Positions 37,172-47,035 of a stretch of 64,000 bases of DNA are shown piece after piece. How positions within the stretch are numbered: position 1 is the stretch's first letter; the number at the start of each line of letters is the position of its first letter. Source of the stretch: Acidobacteriota bacterium. Its GTDB lineage: Bacteria; Acidobacteriota; UBA6911; RPQK01; JAJDTT01. The position numbers and the translations under genes were made by a program. The notes beneath the pieces were generated by a model that did not search any database, had not been told where the DNA came from, and worked only from the letters and a program-made list of their open reading frames with translations. The stretch covers positions 5,920,001 through 5,984,000 of the forward strand of contig OZ242374.1 of assembly GCA_965209055.1 (NCBI GenBank). The letters run 5' to 3'.

Positions 37172-40100
37172 TTATCGAACGGTAGGCGCCGCGGCCGGGG
37201 CCGGGTGGGGCAGCCGGTCACCGGAACCGCCGACCCGGACTCCGACGACCAGGCCGGGTCCGTACGATGACTGGCTGTAGGAGCAGAACCAGGTCAGCAG
37301 GCGGTCGGGCCGCAGCCGCACCGCATAGCCGGCGCCGGCGTCCACGCCCCAGTCGGCCGGTTCGGCGCCGCCCCGGTAGCCGCGGTAGACCTGCTCCTGC
37401 CAGAGTCTGCCGCCGCCGTTGGCCTGATCTCCCCAGCGCGGCGACAGCGACAGCGACAGGCCTTGGTGCCGGCTCCCCACGCTGAGCGTCACCCCGACTC
37501 CTCGCTCGCGATATCCCGCGGCCGAATGCAGCACCAGCATCCGCCCCTGGGCGTCGACCCGCACCCGGCCCCCAGCCGCCCGCAGGCCGCCGGCCAACTC
37601 CAGGCCGGTCCCCGTCTGTCCCGCCCCGCCGTCGCGCCGCACGTGCGCCTCGACGAACGGCGCCAGCGCCAGTCCGTTTTTCATCCGCACCGGACGCGAC
37701 ACGTCCGTGCCGAAGCGCGCCTGGCTGACCCCCACCCGGTGCGCGTCGATGGTCTCCTCCCCCGCCCCGGTGGCCAGCCGCGCCCACGCCGCGTCCCCCC
37801 GCAGACCGATCTCGGCCCGGCCGCCCGCCGCGCCGTAGCGCCGCCGCACCTCCACCAGGCCCAGGCCCAGGCCCAGACCGCTGGTTCCCAGGCGACCGCT
37901 CCGCCGCACGTTCTCCACTTCGCCCCAGCCTCCGCCGCCCAGCGCCGAGAACGAGGTCCTCCCATCCGACCAGTGCAGGTACGGGTGCACCGCCGTCAGC
38001 GTTGCCGCCAGCGAGCCGCTCGACCCGCCCACGCGCCAGTCGCCCGATCCCTGACTGCGCGCCAGCGCCACTCCCGCCAACCAGCTCTCCGACAGCCACG
38101 TGTCCAGTCCCAAGTACCCGGTCCGCAGGTCGCCACCGTAGCCCACCGCCGCCGATCGCGCCCCTTGAAACGTCTGGAGGTCCCCCTGGCCCCACACCTG
38201 CCAGCGCCTCCCGGGACGCGTCGGTTCGTCCGCCGCCTCGCCTCCGCCCCAAGCCACCACGAACTCCGTGCCGCTCAGCCACCGGTCCGGCCCGAGTCCG
38301 TCTCCTCCGTACCCGACAGGGCTTCCCAGCCTCCCGGCGCAGTCCCGCTGCGCACCGGCGCCCGGCCCCATCGGGCACTCAGGATCTCCTCCCGGCGCCA
38401 CACCCATCGCGCCGCCGCCGAACGACCCCAACCCGGGCCGCCTCGCCGGGTTCGAATACCGGCCGGCGAACGGCCGGCCGCCCGACATGAACCGCTCCGC
38501 CTCCGCCCGGCTCAGCGGCACCCTCCGTCCCATCACCGTCAGCTCGGTCCGCCGCCCCGGGCCCGCCGCCGCCCGACGCCCCAGCGTCATCCGTGCGCTC
38601 GCCAGATGCGACCGCGCCAGGGCCGCCAGCGTATCCTCCACCACCGCGCGCACGAGCCGGTCGCTCACCCCCACCCCGAACGTCTGCGTCGCCCTCATCC
38701 CATCCGGGTCCTCCCCCGTCACCCGGACCGTCGCCCTCCCGTATTCCACCGGCGTCAGAGTCAGCGTCTCTCCGCTCACCCCCACCGTCACCACCAGCGC
38801 ATCCGACGACGACGCGCGGAAGATCAGCGGGTCCCCGTCGGCGTCGTGGAAGTACCGGCCCAACTCCACCGTCACCTCCGAACCGCCCTCGTCCAGATCC
38901 TGATCCGGAATCGTCCCGACGGTCACCGGCGCATCGTTCGCCGACACCACGACCACCTCCACGGCCGCTTCCGCCGTCCCGCCGGCTCCGTCGGAGACCA
39001 CATAGGTGAACCGGTCCGTTCCGTGGTAGTTCGCCTCCGGCGTATAGGCCACGCCCCCGGAGACGGACCTCGCCGTCCCGTGCTCCGGGGCCGAGACGCT
39101 CTCGACGTGCAGGGCGTCGCCGTCCGGATCCGTGTCATTGGCCAGCACGTCCACCGTGACTCGCTGGTCCTCCTCCGTTCGCGCCTCGTCGTCCTTTGCC
39201 TCCGGCGCTTCATTCAGGTTGGTCACCGTCACCACAATCGGAACTCTCGCCTCCGCCCCGTGGGGGTCGCGGGCCCGGGCCGTCAGCTCGTACCGGTTCG
39301 GCTCCGACTCGAAGTCCTCCCCCGGACCGGCATAGGTGACGGCGCCGTTTTGCGCCCCGATGGCGAAACGCTCGCGGTCGCCGGACAGCAACGCGTAGGT
39401 CACCTCGTCGCCGTCCGGATCCGACGCCGTCACGAGACCGAGGGCCACGGGTCGTTGGCGGCCATCCAGGTTCTCGCGCAGTTCGAAGGCATAGGCCGGC
39501 TCCCCGAACACCGGCGGCTCGTTGACGACTTCGACGACGACCTCGGCCGACGCCGTACCGCCCCGGCCGTCGGAGACCTCGATTCGGATCGTGACCGGCC
39601 CGGTGGCCTCCGGTGCCCGCCAGCGCGCCGTGGCGGCGTCCGCGGCTCCCATGAAACCGCCCTGCGGCGCGCTCCACCTGTAGGTCAACGGGTCGTCTTC
39701 CGGGTCTGACGCCGTGGCCGTCAGACGGGCTTCGCCGCCCGGAGCCACCACGCACGGGTCGCATGATGCCGTTACCGTGGGCGGGCGGTTCTCCCCGGGC
39801 GGAGGGTTGGACCGGACGACCCTGACGGTCACGACGGCCGACGCCGTACCGCCCCGGCCGTCGGAGACCACCACTCGGACCGTGACCGTCCCGGTGGCGT
39901 CCGGCGCCCGCCAGAACGCCGTCGCGGCGCTGGCGGCTCCGCTGAAGCCGCCCCGCGGCGCGCTCCACGTGTAAGTCAGCGGGTCGCCGTCCGGGTCCGA
40001 CGCCGACGCCGTCAGACGCACCTCCCCGCCCGGGGCCACCCTGCAGGGGTTGCACGACGCCGTCACCGTGGGCGGGCGGTTCCCCCGCGGCGGCCTGGTG

Positions 40101-42397
40101 TCGTCGTCGTTCGTGCGCACCGTCACGTCGCCGGTCACGCCGTCGTAGCCGCCGCCGGACGCCGTGTGCGTCAATGTCACCGTCTCCGAGGTCGTGTTCG
40201 AATCCTGGGCCGCCGTCACCGTCACCGTCTGCGCCGTGCTCCAGTTCGCCGTCGTGAACGCCAGCGACGCCGGACCAGCGCCGATCCCGCGGCCCATGCC
40301 GGTGATCGACGCGAGTACCTCGGCGCCCGGCTGGGTCGCCAGCGCCACCGTGTAGCCCGCCGTCGAGCCCTCGTCCACCGGCACGTCGGTCCGGCTGAAC
40401 ACCAGGCCGGGCTCGCCCGGCGCGCCGGTCGTCGTCTCCGTGCCCTCCCACCAGATATAGCCGGTGACGTGAGATCCGTCCTGGCCAAGCCCGGTCAAGG
40501 GGATTGCCCTCAGGTCATAGGGTGTGTTGGGAGAAAGGCCCCGCCAGGCCTTGCGTCTCGCCGTGGTCTTGGACGTGCGGAAGACGCCCGGGCCCTGGAT
40601 CTCGAGTTCGTAGCCGGCCGCGCCCTCGACGCGGGGCCAGGTGAGGGTGATCTCATCGTGCGTGGCCGACGTCGTCACGTCCATCCGCTTCAGACTGTCG
40701 ACGACGGTGACGGCCACGTCGTCGATGGCCGCGCCATCGTAGGCGCCGCCGCTCGCCCCGTGCGAAATCGCGGCGCTGCCCGCCCCAACGCCCGTGACCG
40801 TCACCGTCTGCGCGACATTCCAGTCCGACGGCGTGAACGTCAGGCTTGCGGGCAACACCGTCGCCACGCCGGCGTTGCCGCTCGACGCCGTGACGGTCAC
40901 GTCCGCGTTCGGCTCCACGTCCAGGACCACGCTGTAGGTGCGGGTGGCGCCCGTTACCACGAGGAGGTCTGTCGGGGCGACGGTGACGGCCGGGACGTCG
41001 TCGTCGGTCACGGTGATGGCAAGGCCCTGCACGAGAGGGATGTCGGGATCACGCGGCTGTGTGTACCGATGGGAGATTATCGCGAAGCCGTTCCCCAGGG
41101 CGTCATTGTCGACCGTACTGGCTCTCACCCTCATTTCCGTGCCCGAAGCGGCCTCGGTCCACGTCAGAATCCGGGTCTCGGGGTCGATCGCCACCACCTC
41201 CGGGTCGCTGCTCGTCACCTCCAGCGAGACGCTGCCTTCGCCCTGCCTCAGGGTGGTCCGCAATCCGTAACTGAACGCCCGCCCCTCCGGCACGGACACG
41301 GGAACGGGCTCGTCATCCGCGGCCGTCACCCTTATCGGCGAGGTCGTCACCATGTCGTAGTCCGCGCCGCTGATGGTGACGACGATCTGCGTCCTTCGCT
41401 GTGGCCTGTTGTAGATGTCGTCGTCGACCGCGGTGACGGTGATCTCCGCCCGCTGCTTCCAGTTCGATGGGGTGAAGGTCACGCTGGTCGGGTTCACGGT
41501 CGCCACGCTGGTGTCCTGGGACGCGAGCGTCACCGTGACGTTGCCCGTCGGTTCGCTCGTGATCCAGATGGAGAGCACCCTCCGGCCGCCGTTCTCCGAG
41601 AGGGCAAAGGAATGGTCGGTGACCCTGAATGTCCGCTGGTCGTCGTTTCCCACCTGCACCGTCACCTGAGCGCTGACGCCGTCGAAGTTCGCGCCGCTCG
41701 CCGTGTGGGTGATCGCCGTAGTCCGAACCGCCGGCGTGGCCAGGTCGTCGTCGACCGCCGTCACCGTCACCTCTTGCCGCGTATTCCAGTTCGTGGAGGT
41801 GAAGGTCAGGCTCGCCGGGCTCACCGTCGCGACGCTGGTGTCGTCGCTCGCTACCGCCACGACGACGTTCCCGGTCGGTTGGCTGGACAGCGCAATGGTG
41901 TAGCTGTTCGTGCCGTCGGGCTCGTTGACACTGACGGACGCCGTCGATCGCGACAGGGACTGGGCGTGGGCGACGTCGACGCCGAAGGCTCCGGCGAGGA
42001 CGACCGTGAACCCGAATCCCACGGCGCCCGCTCGAAACGTCCGCGACACGCCCCAGCGTGTCCGGGAATCATTGGCCGGCTCTCGCCCGGCTCGGAAGCG
42101 ATTGACTCGCACACGGCCAACCGCCGGCGTCACGCCGCTTCGCGGCTCCTGAGCGCCGGCGAAGCCCAACGGCGCGGCCGCCGCGAGGCGGCGGACTCGA
42201 GTCGCAAGCCAAGAACACAAGGAGACGATTCGGACTCTTCCCGATGCCGAGAAGACAAGAACCGGCAGTCCCGCTGCCATGAGCCGTCGGTGCAGGTCCC
42301 GGCTCCAGCGTCCTGGTAGTGAAACCGGCCGCGACCGCTCCGCGCGCACGGCGGGTACAAGCACCAGGGAAACCAACGCCCAAAGGTTTTTCTTCAT
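37172..42397 (-). CDS. Large adhesin (1741 aa): Calx-beta/cadherin-like repeats, FN3, 2x PKD-like, cadherin, Ig-like domains and C-terminal autotransporter-like beta-barrel
   Basis: ATG 42397 after AGGAG; repeated ATVSPASLTFT..NW...Q.VTVTA; ASDPDGDPLTYTW; ELRENLD; DVLANDTDPDGD; barrel signature VWGQGD..VHPYLHW..LSLSPRWG. Confidence 0.85.
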   Translation of the reverse strand: MKKNLWALVSLVLVPAVRAERSRPVSLPGRWSRDLHRRLMAAGLPVLVFSASGRVRIVSLCSWLATRVRRLAAAAPLGFAGAQEPRSGVTPAVGRVRVNRFRAGREPANDSRTRWGVSRTFRAGAVGFGFTVVLAGAFGVDVAHAQSLSRSTASVSVNEPDGTNSYTIALSSQPTGNVVVAVASDDTSVATVSPASLTFTSTNWNTRQEVTVTAVDDDLATPAVRTTAITHTASGANFDGVSAQVTVQVGNDDQRTFRVTDHSFALSENGGRRVLSIWITSEPTGNVTVTLASQDTSVATVNPTSVTFTPSNWKQRAEITVTAVDDDIYNRPQRRTQIVVTISGADYDMVTTSPIRVTAADDEPVPVSVPEGRAFSYGLRTTLRQGEGSVSLEVTSSDPEVVAIDPETRILTWTEAASGTEMRVRASTVDNDALGNGFAIISHRYTQPRDPDIPLVQGLAITVTDDDVPAVTVAPTDLLVVTGATRTYSVVLDVEPNADVTVTASSGNAGVATVLPASLTFTPSDWNVAQTVTVTGVGAGSAAISHGASGGAYDGAAIDDVAVTVVDSLKRMDVTTSATHDEITLTWPRVEGAAGYELEIQGPGVFRTSKTTARRKAWRGLSPNTPYDLRAIPLTGLGQDGSHVTGYIWWEGTETTTGAPGEPGLVFSRTDVPVDEGSTAGYTVALATQPGAEVLASITGMGRGIGAGPASLAFTTANWSTAQTVTVTAAQDSNTTSETVTLTHTASGGGYDGVTGDVTVRTNDDDTRPPRGNRPPTVTASCNPCRVAPGGEVRLTASASDPDGDPLTYTWSAPRGGFSGAASAATAFWRAPDATGTVTVRVVVSDGRGGTASAVVTVRVVRSNPPPGENRPPTVTASCDPCVVAPGGEARLTATASDPEDDPLTYRWSAPQGGFMGAADAATARWRAPEATGPVTIRIEVSDGRGGTASAEVVVEVVNEPPVFGEPAYAFELRENLDGRQRPVALGLVTASDPDGDEVTYALLSGDRERFAIGAQNGAVTYAGPGEDFESEPNRYELTARARDPHGAEARVPIVVTVTNLNEAPEAKDDEARTEEDQRVTVDVLANDTDPDGDALHVESVSAPEHGTARSVSGGVAYTPEANYHGTDRFTYVVSDGAGGTAEAAVEVVVVSANDAPVTVGTIPDQDLDEGGSEVTVELGRYFHDADGDPLIFRASSSDALVVTVGVSGETLTLTPVEYGRATVRVTGEDPDGMRATQTFGVGVSDRLVRAVVEDTLAALARSHLASARMTLGRRAAAGPGRRTELTVMGRRVPLSRAEAERFMSGGRPFAGRYSNPARRPGLGSFGGGAMGVAPGGDPECPMGPGAGAQRDCAGRLGSPVGYGGDGLGPDRWLSGTEFVVAWGGGEAADEPTRPGRRWQVWGQGDLQTFQGARSAAVGYGGDLRTGYLGLDTWLSESWLAGVALARSQGSGDWRVGGSSGSLAATLTAVHPYLHWSDGRTSFSALGGGGWGEVENVRRSGRLGTSGLGLGLGLVEVRRRYGAAGGRAEIGLRGDAAWARLATGAGEETIDAHRVGVSQARFGTDVSRPVRMKNGLALAPFVEAHVRRDGGAGQTGTGLELAGGLRAAGGRVRVDAQGRMLVLHSAAGYRERGVGVTLSVGSRHQGLSLSLSPRWGDQANGGGRLWQEQVYRGYRGGAEPADWGVDAGAGYAVRLRPDRLLTWFCSYSQSSYGPGLVVGVRVGGSGDRLPHPAPAAAPTVR
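39544..40088. repeat. Tandem 291-bp intragenic duplication (two PKD-like domains)
   Basis: CGGCCGACGCCGTACCGCCCCGGCCGTCGGAGACC and ACCGTGGGCGGGCGGTT each recur about 291 nt apart. Confidence 0.85.
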
Positions 42398-42531
42398 GAC
42401 TTCCTGCACTCCTTCTTTTTTCAGCCGACGATCTATGGCAGAAAGCCTTTCTGTGACCGCCCCAACTCTGCCCTGTCCAGATCGTCCAATCGGCGAACGG
42501 CGCCGCTTGGAACGGCCTCCCCTCTGGGCAA

Positions 42532-42680
42532 GGAATGGCGCGTGGAAAGTGAAAACCGAACTGTCTCGCCGCGGGAAGTACGGGCTTCTCGCCCCTCCTT
42601 CCAACTCGACAACTAATGACGTGTGGAAAGCGAAAACCGGACAGTTTCGCCGCGGAAAGTGTGGGCTATTCGCCCCTGGC
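42532..42680 (-). promoter_or_regulatory. Tandem pair of about 65-bp units, each containing the ECF-like promoter motif (42613-42643 intact; 42532-42562 degenerate), upstream of the adhesin
   Basis: TGTCCGGTTTTCGCTTTCCACACGTCATTAG versus AGTTCGGTTTTCACTTTCCACGCGCCATTCC. Confidence 0.65.
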
Positions 42681-45389
42681 AACCTTCGAGAGCGCCTCGG
42701 CGAATGCGCGGGCGTCCGCCGGCCGCGCCGACCGGGAAGCCGACAAGATCGATGCTGCAACCCCGATCACGGACGCTCCCGTCTTCGACCATGCGGTTCG
42801 CTCGGGGGCGGGAACAAGACGGCGGTGCCGGATCCGGTCCACCGTCTCGTTGAGTCTTGGGGCCGCGAACGGATGCCGGCCGGACACCATCTCGTACAGG
42901 ACGACGCACAGGGACCAGACATCGTCGCCTTCATCGGCCAAGCGGCCCGAGAGCACTTCGGGCGACATGTAGCGCAAGGTGCCACCTGTGGTCGCGGCCT
43001 CGTCCGTCTCACGCGCCAAGCCGAAGTCCAGCAGTTTGGGCGACCCCTCGGACGTGAACCCGATATTGCTGGGCTTGATGTCTCCATGCAGGAATCCCTT
43101 GGTGTGCACCGCCGACAACGCGTCGGCCAGCCTGACCATGGCGGAAACGGCCTCCAGCGGAGGGACCGGGCCGTCCCTCAGCCGATCCTCGAGGGTGCCG
43201 CCGGGAAGAAACTCGACGATGAGGATCGGACGGCCCTGCCAGAACTCGATGCCGTAGATCTGGGCGGCTGCCGGATGCGTCACCGTCGCCATGGTCTGCG
43301 CTTCCGGCCTCAGGGTCGTCAGATGGTCGGCCGACACCCTCCCCAGGGTCTTGACCGCGACGTCGCGGGCCAGTTGCAGATCACGGGCCAGATAGACCGC
43401 TCCCATGCCTCCGGCGCCCAGGCGCCGCGTCAGTCGAAACTTTCCGGCCAAGAGCTTCGGGACCCCAGCCTCCTCGTAAGCGGCTCCGCATTCGCACTCG
43501 GGCGGGGCACCGGCCATCACCACGCAACGGCAGACGGAACACTCCTGCGCCGGCGGCGGCTCCAACGGTCGAGCGTCCGGCCCGCGCAGCAGGTTCAGGC
43601 GCGCCACCGCCAACCCGACGGCCGCCGCGAGCGCTTCCAGAAACGGAAGGTCGACGGCGCCCACGTTGCGTTCGTCGAAACGATGTCCCACCACCAGCAC
43701 GCCGAAGATCACCGTTCCCGGACCGCGAAGCGGCAGGATCACGTCTGCGGAGGTCTCGACGACCCACGCCGCATCGTCGGGCGGAAGCAGCGGGAAAACC
43801 GATGTCTTGTCCTTCGGGTGTACCCTCAGTGGACCGCCGGCCGTCTCCAGCAGGTGGACGATGGCCGAGGCCCGCGCCAGAGAAGCGGTCCCGGCACCCG
43901 GCTCGCAAAAGTCTGGTGCTATGGTTTGGGTATCCGCCGCAATCAGCAGAATGGCGGGCGACCCGCATCCACGATTGACCGTCCATTTCACTGCTTGGCT
44001 GACCGCCGTCATCCGTTCGGCCTGCGCCAACGCGGTCCCCGCGACGGCCAGTGCGTACCTCTGGTCCTTGGTCTCGGGGAAGATCCACGTGTCCAGCCGG
44101 ATCAGGATCCGTTCGCGGTTGATAAACACCAGCGCCATGACCCCGCATGCCGCGACCAACGTCGGCGCCAGCGGATCGGTGACGATCGCTGCTACGGTGC
44201 GCTCCGGATGACTTGCCACCATCCAGGACAGGGCCGCCGCCGGAACTGCGGTCGCCGCCCCCAACAGGCCACCGCGCATCAGCAACCGCCTGTAGCTCGC
44301 CCGGACGACCTCTTTCGGGCGAGGCACGCGCACCGCGAGCACGGAATACCAGAGCAGGATCACCCCGGGGAATCGCATGAATAAGACCACCAGAATAAGG
44401 GGCGACCATTGAAAATTGGTCACCCACATTCCTGGTGAGAACATCTCGACGACACTGACCGTGACCCTCGCTCCTGCGAAAATAATGAACCCGAAGCCGA
44501 ACATGACGACGCGCCTGACCTCGTCGGCCGGCGCACTGTGCGCCCGTAGCGCAATGACCACGGCCGCCGCCAGCGTCAACAGCTCAACAATGGCAAATGA
44601 TCCATCGATGGCCAGAGAAACAGGCGCATTCGCGTAACCGGCCCGCGCGAATTCCAGTGTCGCCACGAGTGCGACCCAGACGGCAACCCCTGCTGCGACG
44701 CTGACCGAAACCATGCGGCGCGCGAGATCATCAAGCCGGGTTCGACGATGTATCCGCGGACACTCTCGAGCAAACGCCCAAAGGAACGCGGGAGAGAAGT
44801 GGAACGCAGGAACGTAGAGACAAGCGAATATTCTAATTTGCAGAGGTGCGCCTTGAAGAAACGTTTCGACCAGGTGCGGCGCGGGGAGGTCCCCCAAAAT
44901 CGCCGGCAGCATGTGAAACGGCCCCAGTGTGGCCCGGACCAGGAAAAAGCCGCCGAGCAGCCAAGTCCGCCGTTCCCGCGCACCGGCGAACAGCAGTAGG
45001 GATGCACTCGCGCAATGCCCGGTGAGCAGCACCACAAAGAAAACAGCCAAGTCGCCATGCTGTCGGTGGTAGTCCGTCCAAGCCCACGGGAGCAGAATCA
45101 ACCCGACCACCACCTCGACTGTGGCGATGACCATCAGCGTGCGTAAGACACGGCCCATGAACGCCCCGGCACGCGGATGGAGACTGGTCGCCGGGGGTTC
45201 CACCGCCGCCGATGCCGGTCCGGCACGGCGCCGGCTCTTGAAGACACGGGCTGTGACCCGCAGGTTTTCAAGCATCTCGCGGTCGGCGGGCTCGGCGAGC
45301 TCCAGGCATCGATCCCATTGGACGTCATGGTCCAGGGTGAGCGCGTCCGCTACGTCAGCTATGAGATCGTTGCGATTCTTGTCACTCAC
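42666..45389 (-). CDS. Membrane-bound Hanks-type Ser/Thr kinase (multi-TM, GAF-like region, Cys cluster, C-terminal kinase)
   Basis: [39 protein letters not shown]; about 9 hydrophobic segments; CSVC...CECG. Confidence 0.92.
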   Translation of the reverse strand: MSDKNRNDLIADVADALTLDHDVQWDRCLELAEPADREMLENLRVTARVFKSRRRAGPASAAVEPPATSLHPRAGAFMGRVLRTLMVIATVEVVVGLILLPWAWTDYHRQHGDLAVFFVVLLTGHCASASLLLFAGARERRTWLLGGFFLVRATLGPFHMLPAILGDLPAPHLVETFLQGAPLQIRIFACLYVPAFHFSPAFLWAFARECPRIHRRTRLDDLARRMVSVSVAAGVAVWVALVATLEFARAGYANAPVSLAIDGSFAIVELLTLAAAVVIALRAHSAPADEVRRVVMFGFGFIIFAGARVTVSVVEMFSPGMWVTNFQWSPLILVVLFMRFPGVILLWYSVLAVRVPRPKEVVRASYRRLLMRGGLLGAATAVPAAALSWMVASHPERTVAAIVTDPLAPTLVAACGVMALVFINRERILIRLDTWIFPETKDQRYALAVAGTALAQAERMTAVSQAVKWTVNRGCGSPAILLIAADTQTIAPDFCEPGAGTASLARASAIVHLLETAGGPLRVHPKDKTSVFPLLPPDDAAWVVETSADVILPLRGPGTVIFGVLVVGHRFDERNVGAVDLPFLEALAAAVGLAVARLNLLRGPDARPLEPPPAQECSVCRCVVMAGAPPECECGAAYEEAGVPKLLAGKFRLTRRLGAGGMGAVYLARDLQLARDVAVKTLGRVSADHLTTLRPEAQTMATVTHPAAAQIYGIEFWQGRPILIVEFLPGGTLEDRLRDGPVPPLEAVSAMVRLADALSAVHTKGFLHGDIKPSNIGFTSEGSPKLLDFGLARETDEAATTGGTLRYMSPEVLSGRLADEGDDVWSLCVVLYEMVSGRHPFAAPRLNETVDRIRHRRLVPAPERTAWSKTGASVIGVAASILSASRSARPADARAFAEALSKVARGE

Positions 45390-45492
45390 TTTTCATCCGG
45401 GTTCGTGTCATCAGGCTCTTCGACGCCGACGCTCGCGTGAGATCCGCTGCAGTCGGACTGATGCGGCGTCGAAAGTTCTTTCCGCCTACCCC

Positions 45493-45523
45493 TTAGTAAC
45501 GTCTGATGGGGAGATTTCGGACA
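45493..45523 (-). promoter_or_regulatory. Putative ECF promoter TGTCCG-N16-CGTTACTAA upstream of kinase
   Basis: Same boxes and spacing as at the adhesin, with a largely different spacer sequence. Confidence 0.6.
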
Positions 45524-45815
45524 TTTGAAGCACGATGGGCCGGATTTCACGGGTCCTGGCGTACGAACCGCCGCAGGCCCGGCCCCCGACGAAACACGCC
45601 GGATAGGAGTCTGCGCGAAAACAGGACTGTCACCGACGCTGTTCTTCGATCGGCGGGCGTCGCGCATGGAAGCGGGTCACTGCAGTGATGCACACCGCCG
45701 CCCACCATCTCTTTCCGTCTGCTCTCATCCAATTCCCCAGCTCCCGGACCAGGAGCGGAGAGTTGGCGCGCCGGATTGTTGCGGAGGCATAAATCCCGAT
45801 TACTGGAATGAGGAA

Positions 45816-45871
45816 GACGCCACGACCGGGGCCGAGTGGGACAGTCGGTGACTGGAACCACCGGCCCGGAC
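45816..45871 (-). repeat. Third, diverged copy of the adhesin 3'-terminal sequence
   Basis: 46/56 identities to 37185-37240 by manual ungapped alignment. Confidence 0.7.
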
Positions 45872-46600
45872 ACAACTCCCAAGGCGTAGCAAACGATTCG
45901 ATAGACCCAAAAAGTCCAGCGCCGGTTCCGACTCCATTTCGTCCGTCCCGGCGGAGTAACTCCCGGTGTCGGACTTCAGCCACGCACCCGCCCGCAATCG
46001 GCGTCTCGATTCGGCCGTCACTCGGGGCAACACACAAGGCGGACACGTCCGCGCGAACCGGGATGGACGCGCGCATCGAGTTCTCCATCCGGGAATGGGA
46101 CCGGGCGAGATGGAGTCGGCAGGCCCAACGGTCGGACGATGTTCGGTGGAGCCCCGGACCGGACGGGGACATCGGCCATGAGAAGTGGGAACCGATGCCA
46201 ATGGTGACCAGCATCAGCGAAGTCCATGTCGTTCGCCTATTGCTCATCATGGAACTTCTCTTCCTCTTCGCAACAAGACAACTTGTATTGCAAGCGGGCC
46301 CTCCTCGCCTCCCGCGAAATGGCGGAGAACGTCGAGTCGAGCAGGTTCCGGCTCCTGATCAGGAGAGGATCGGGCAGCACAATGAAGAGATAGGATACCG
46401 ACCAGTGTGTGATATTATGGAGATAAAATACGCACTTTTTGTGATAATACTGTGTTATCTTGGCCATTTGCGCGCCGCCGCGCCCACTTCCCGCACACCG
46501 CGTTTTGCGTGTCGTGTCGGCGCTATCGTCCCTGTTGCCGATCGAAATTGGAGGCGGCAAGCACGATCAAGAGCAACGGGCAGAGCCGTTCCTCCGGGCC

Positions 46601-46858
46601 ATGAACCAGCGGATGAAGCAACCGGAAAGCCGAACGTCGTACGCGCGACGCAAGACGATCGCGGAGCCGGTGTTCGGTCAGATCAAGAACGCGGGTTTCC
46701 GAGGGTTCGGTCTACGTGCCAAGGCGAGGGTGGCCGGGGAGTTCTCGCTGGAGTGTGCCGCGCACAGCCTCAAGAAGATCATCCCGGCAGCAGTTCTAGG
46801 AGAGGTGTGTCCGGCGTTCGTGAAACGGGTGACTCTGACGTGCATGAGGGGGAGATGA
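46601..46858 (+). mobile_element. IS1182-family transposase C-terminal remnant
   Basis: YARRKTIAEPVFGQIK..GFRGFGLR.KARVAGEFSL.C.AH.LKK. Confidence 0.8.
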
Positions 46859-47035
46859 GGCGGCGTGAAGCCGAAAACCAGCCCTGATCGGCCTCTTCCG
46901 AGTCGCACATAGCGCAACAATTCGATTCCCCCGGAGTTGGAGGACAGGAATGGATGGTGTCCGGAACCATGAACCATTGCCCATGAGCATTGGTATGGAC
47001 AAAGATCGCTCAATGCCGAGTTCCCGCGCAGGCTG

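Noticed and set aside
42398-42760. N-terminal extension of the 1862-aa ORF
   Set aside because: Overlaps the kinase end and promoter repeats; the RBS-supported ATG is at 42397
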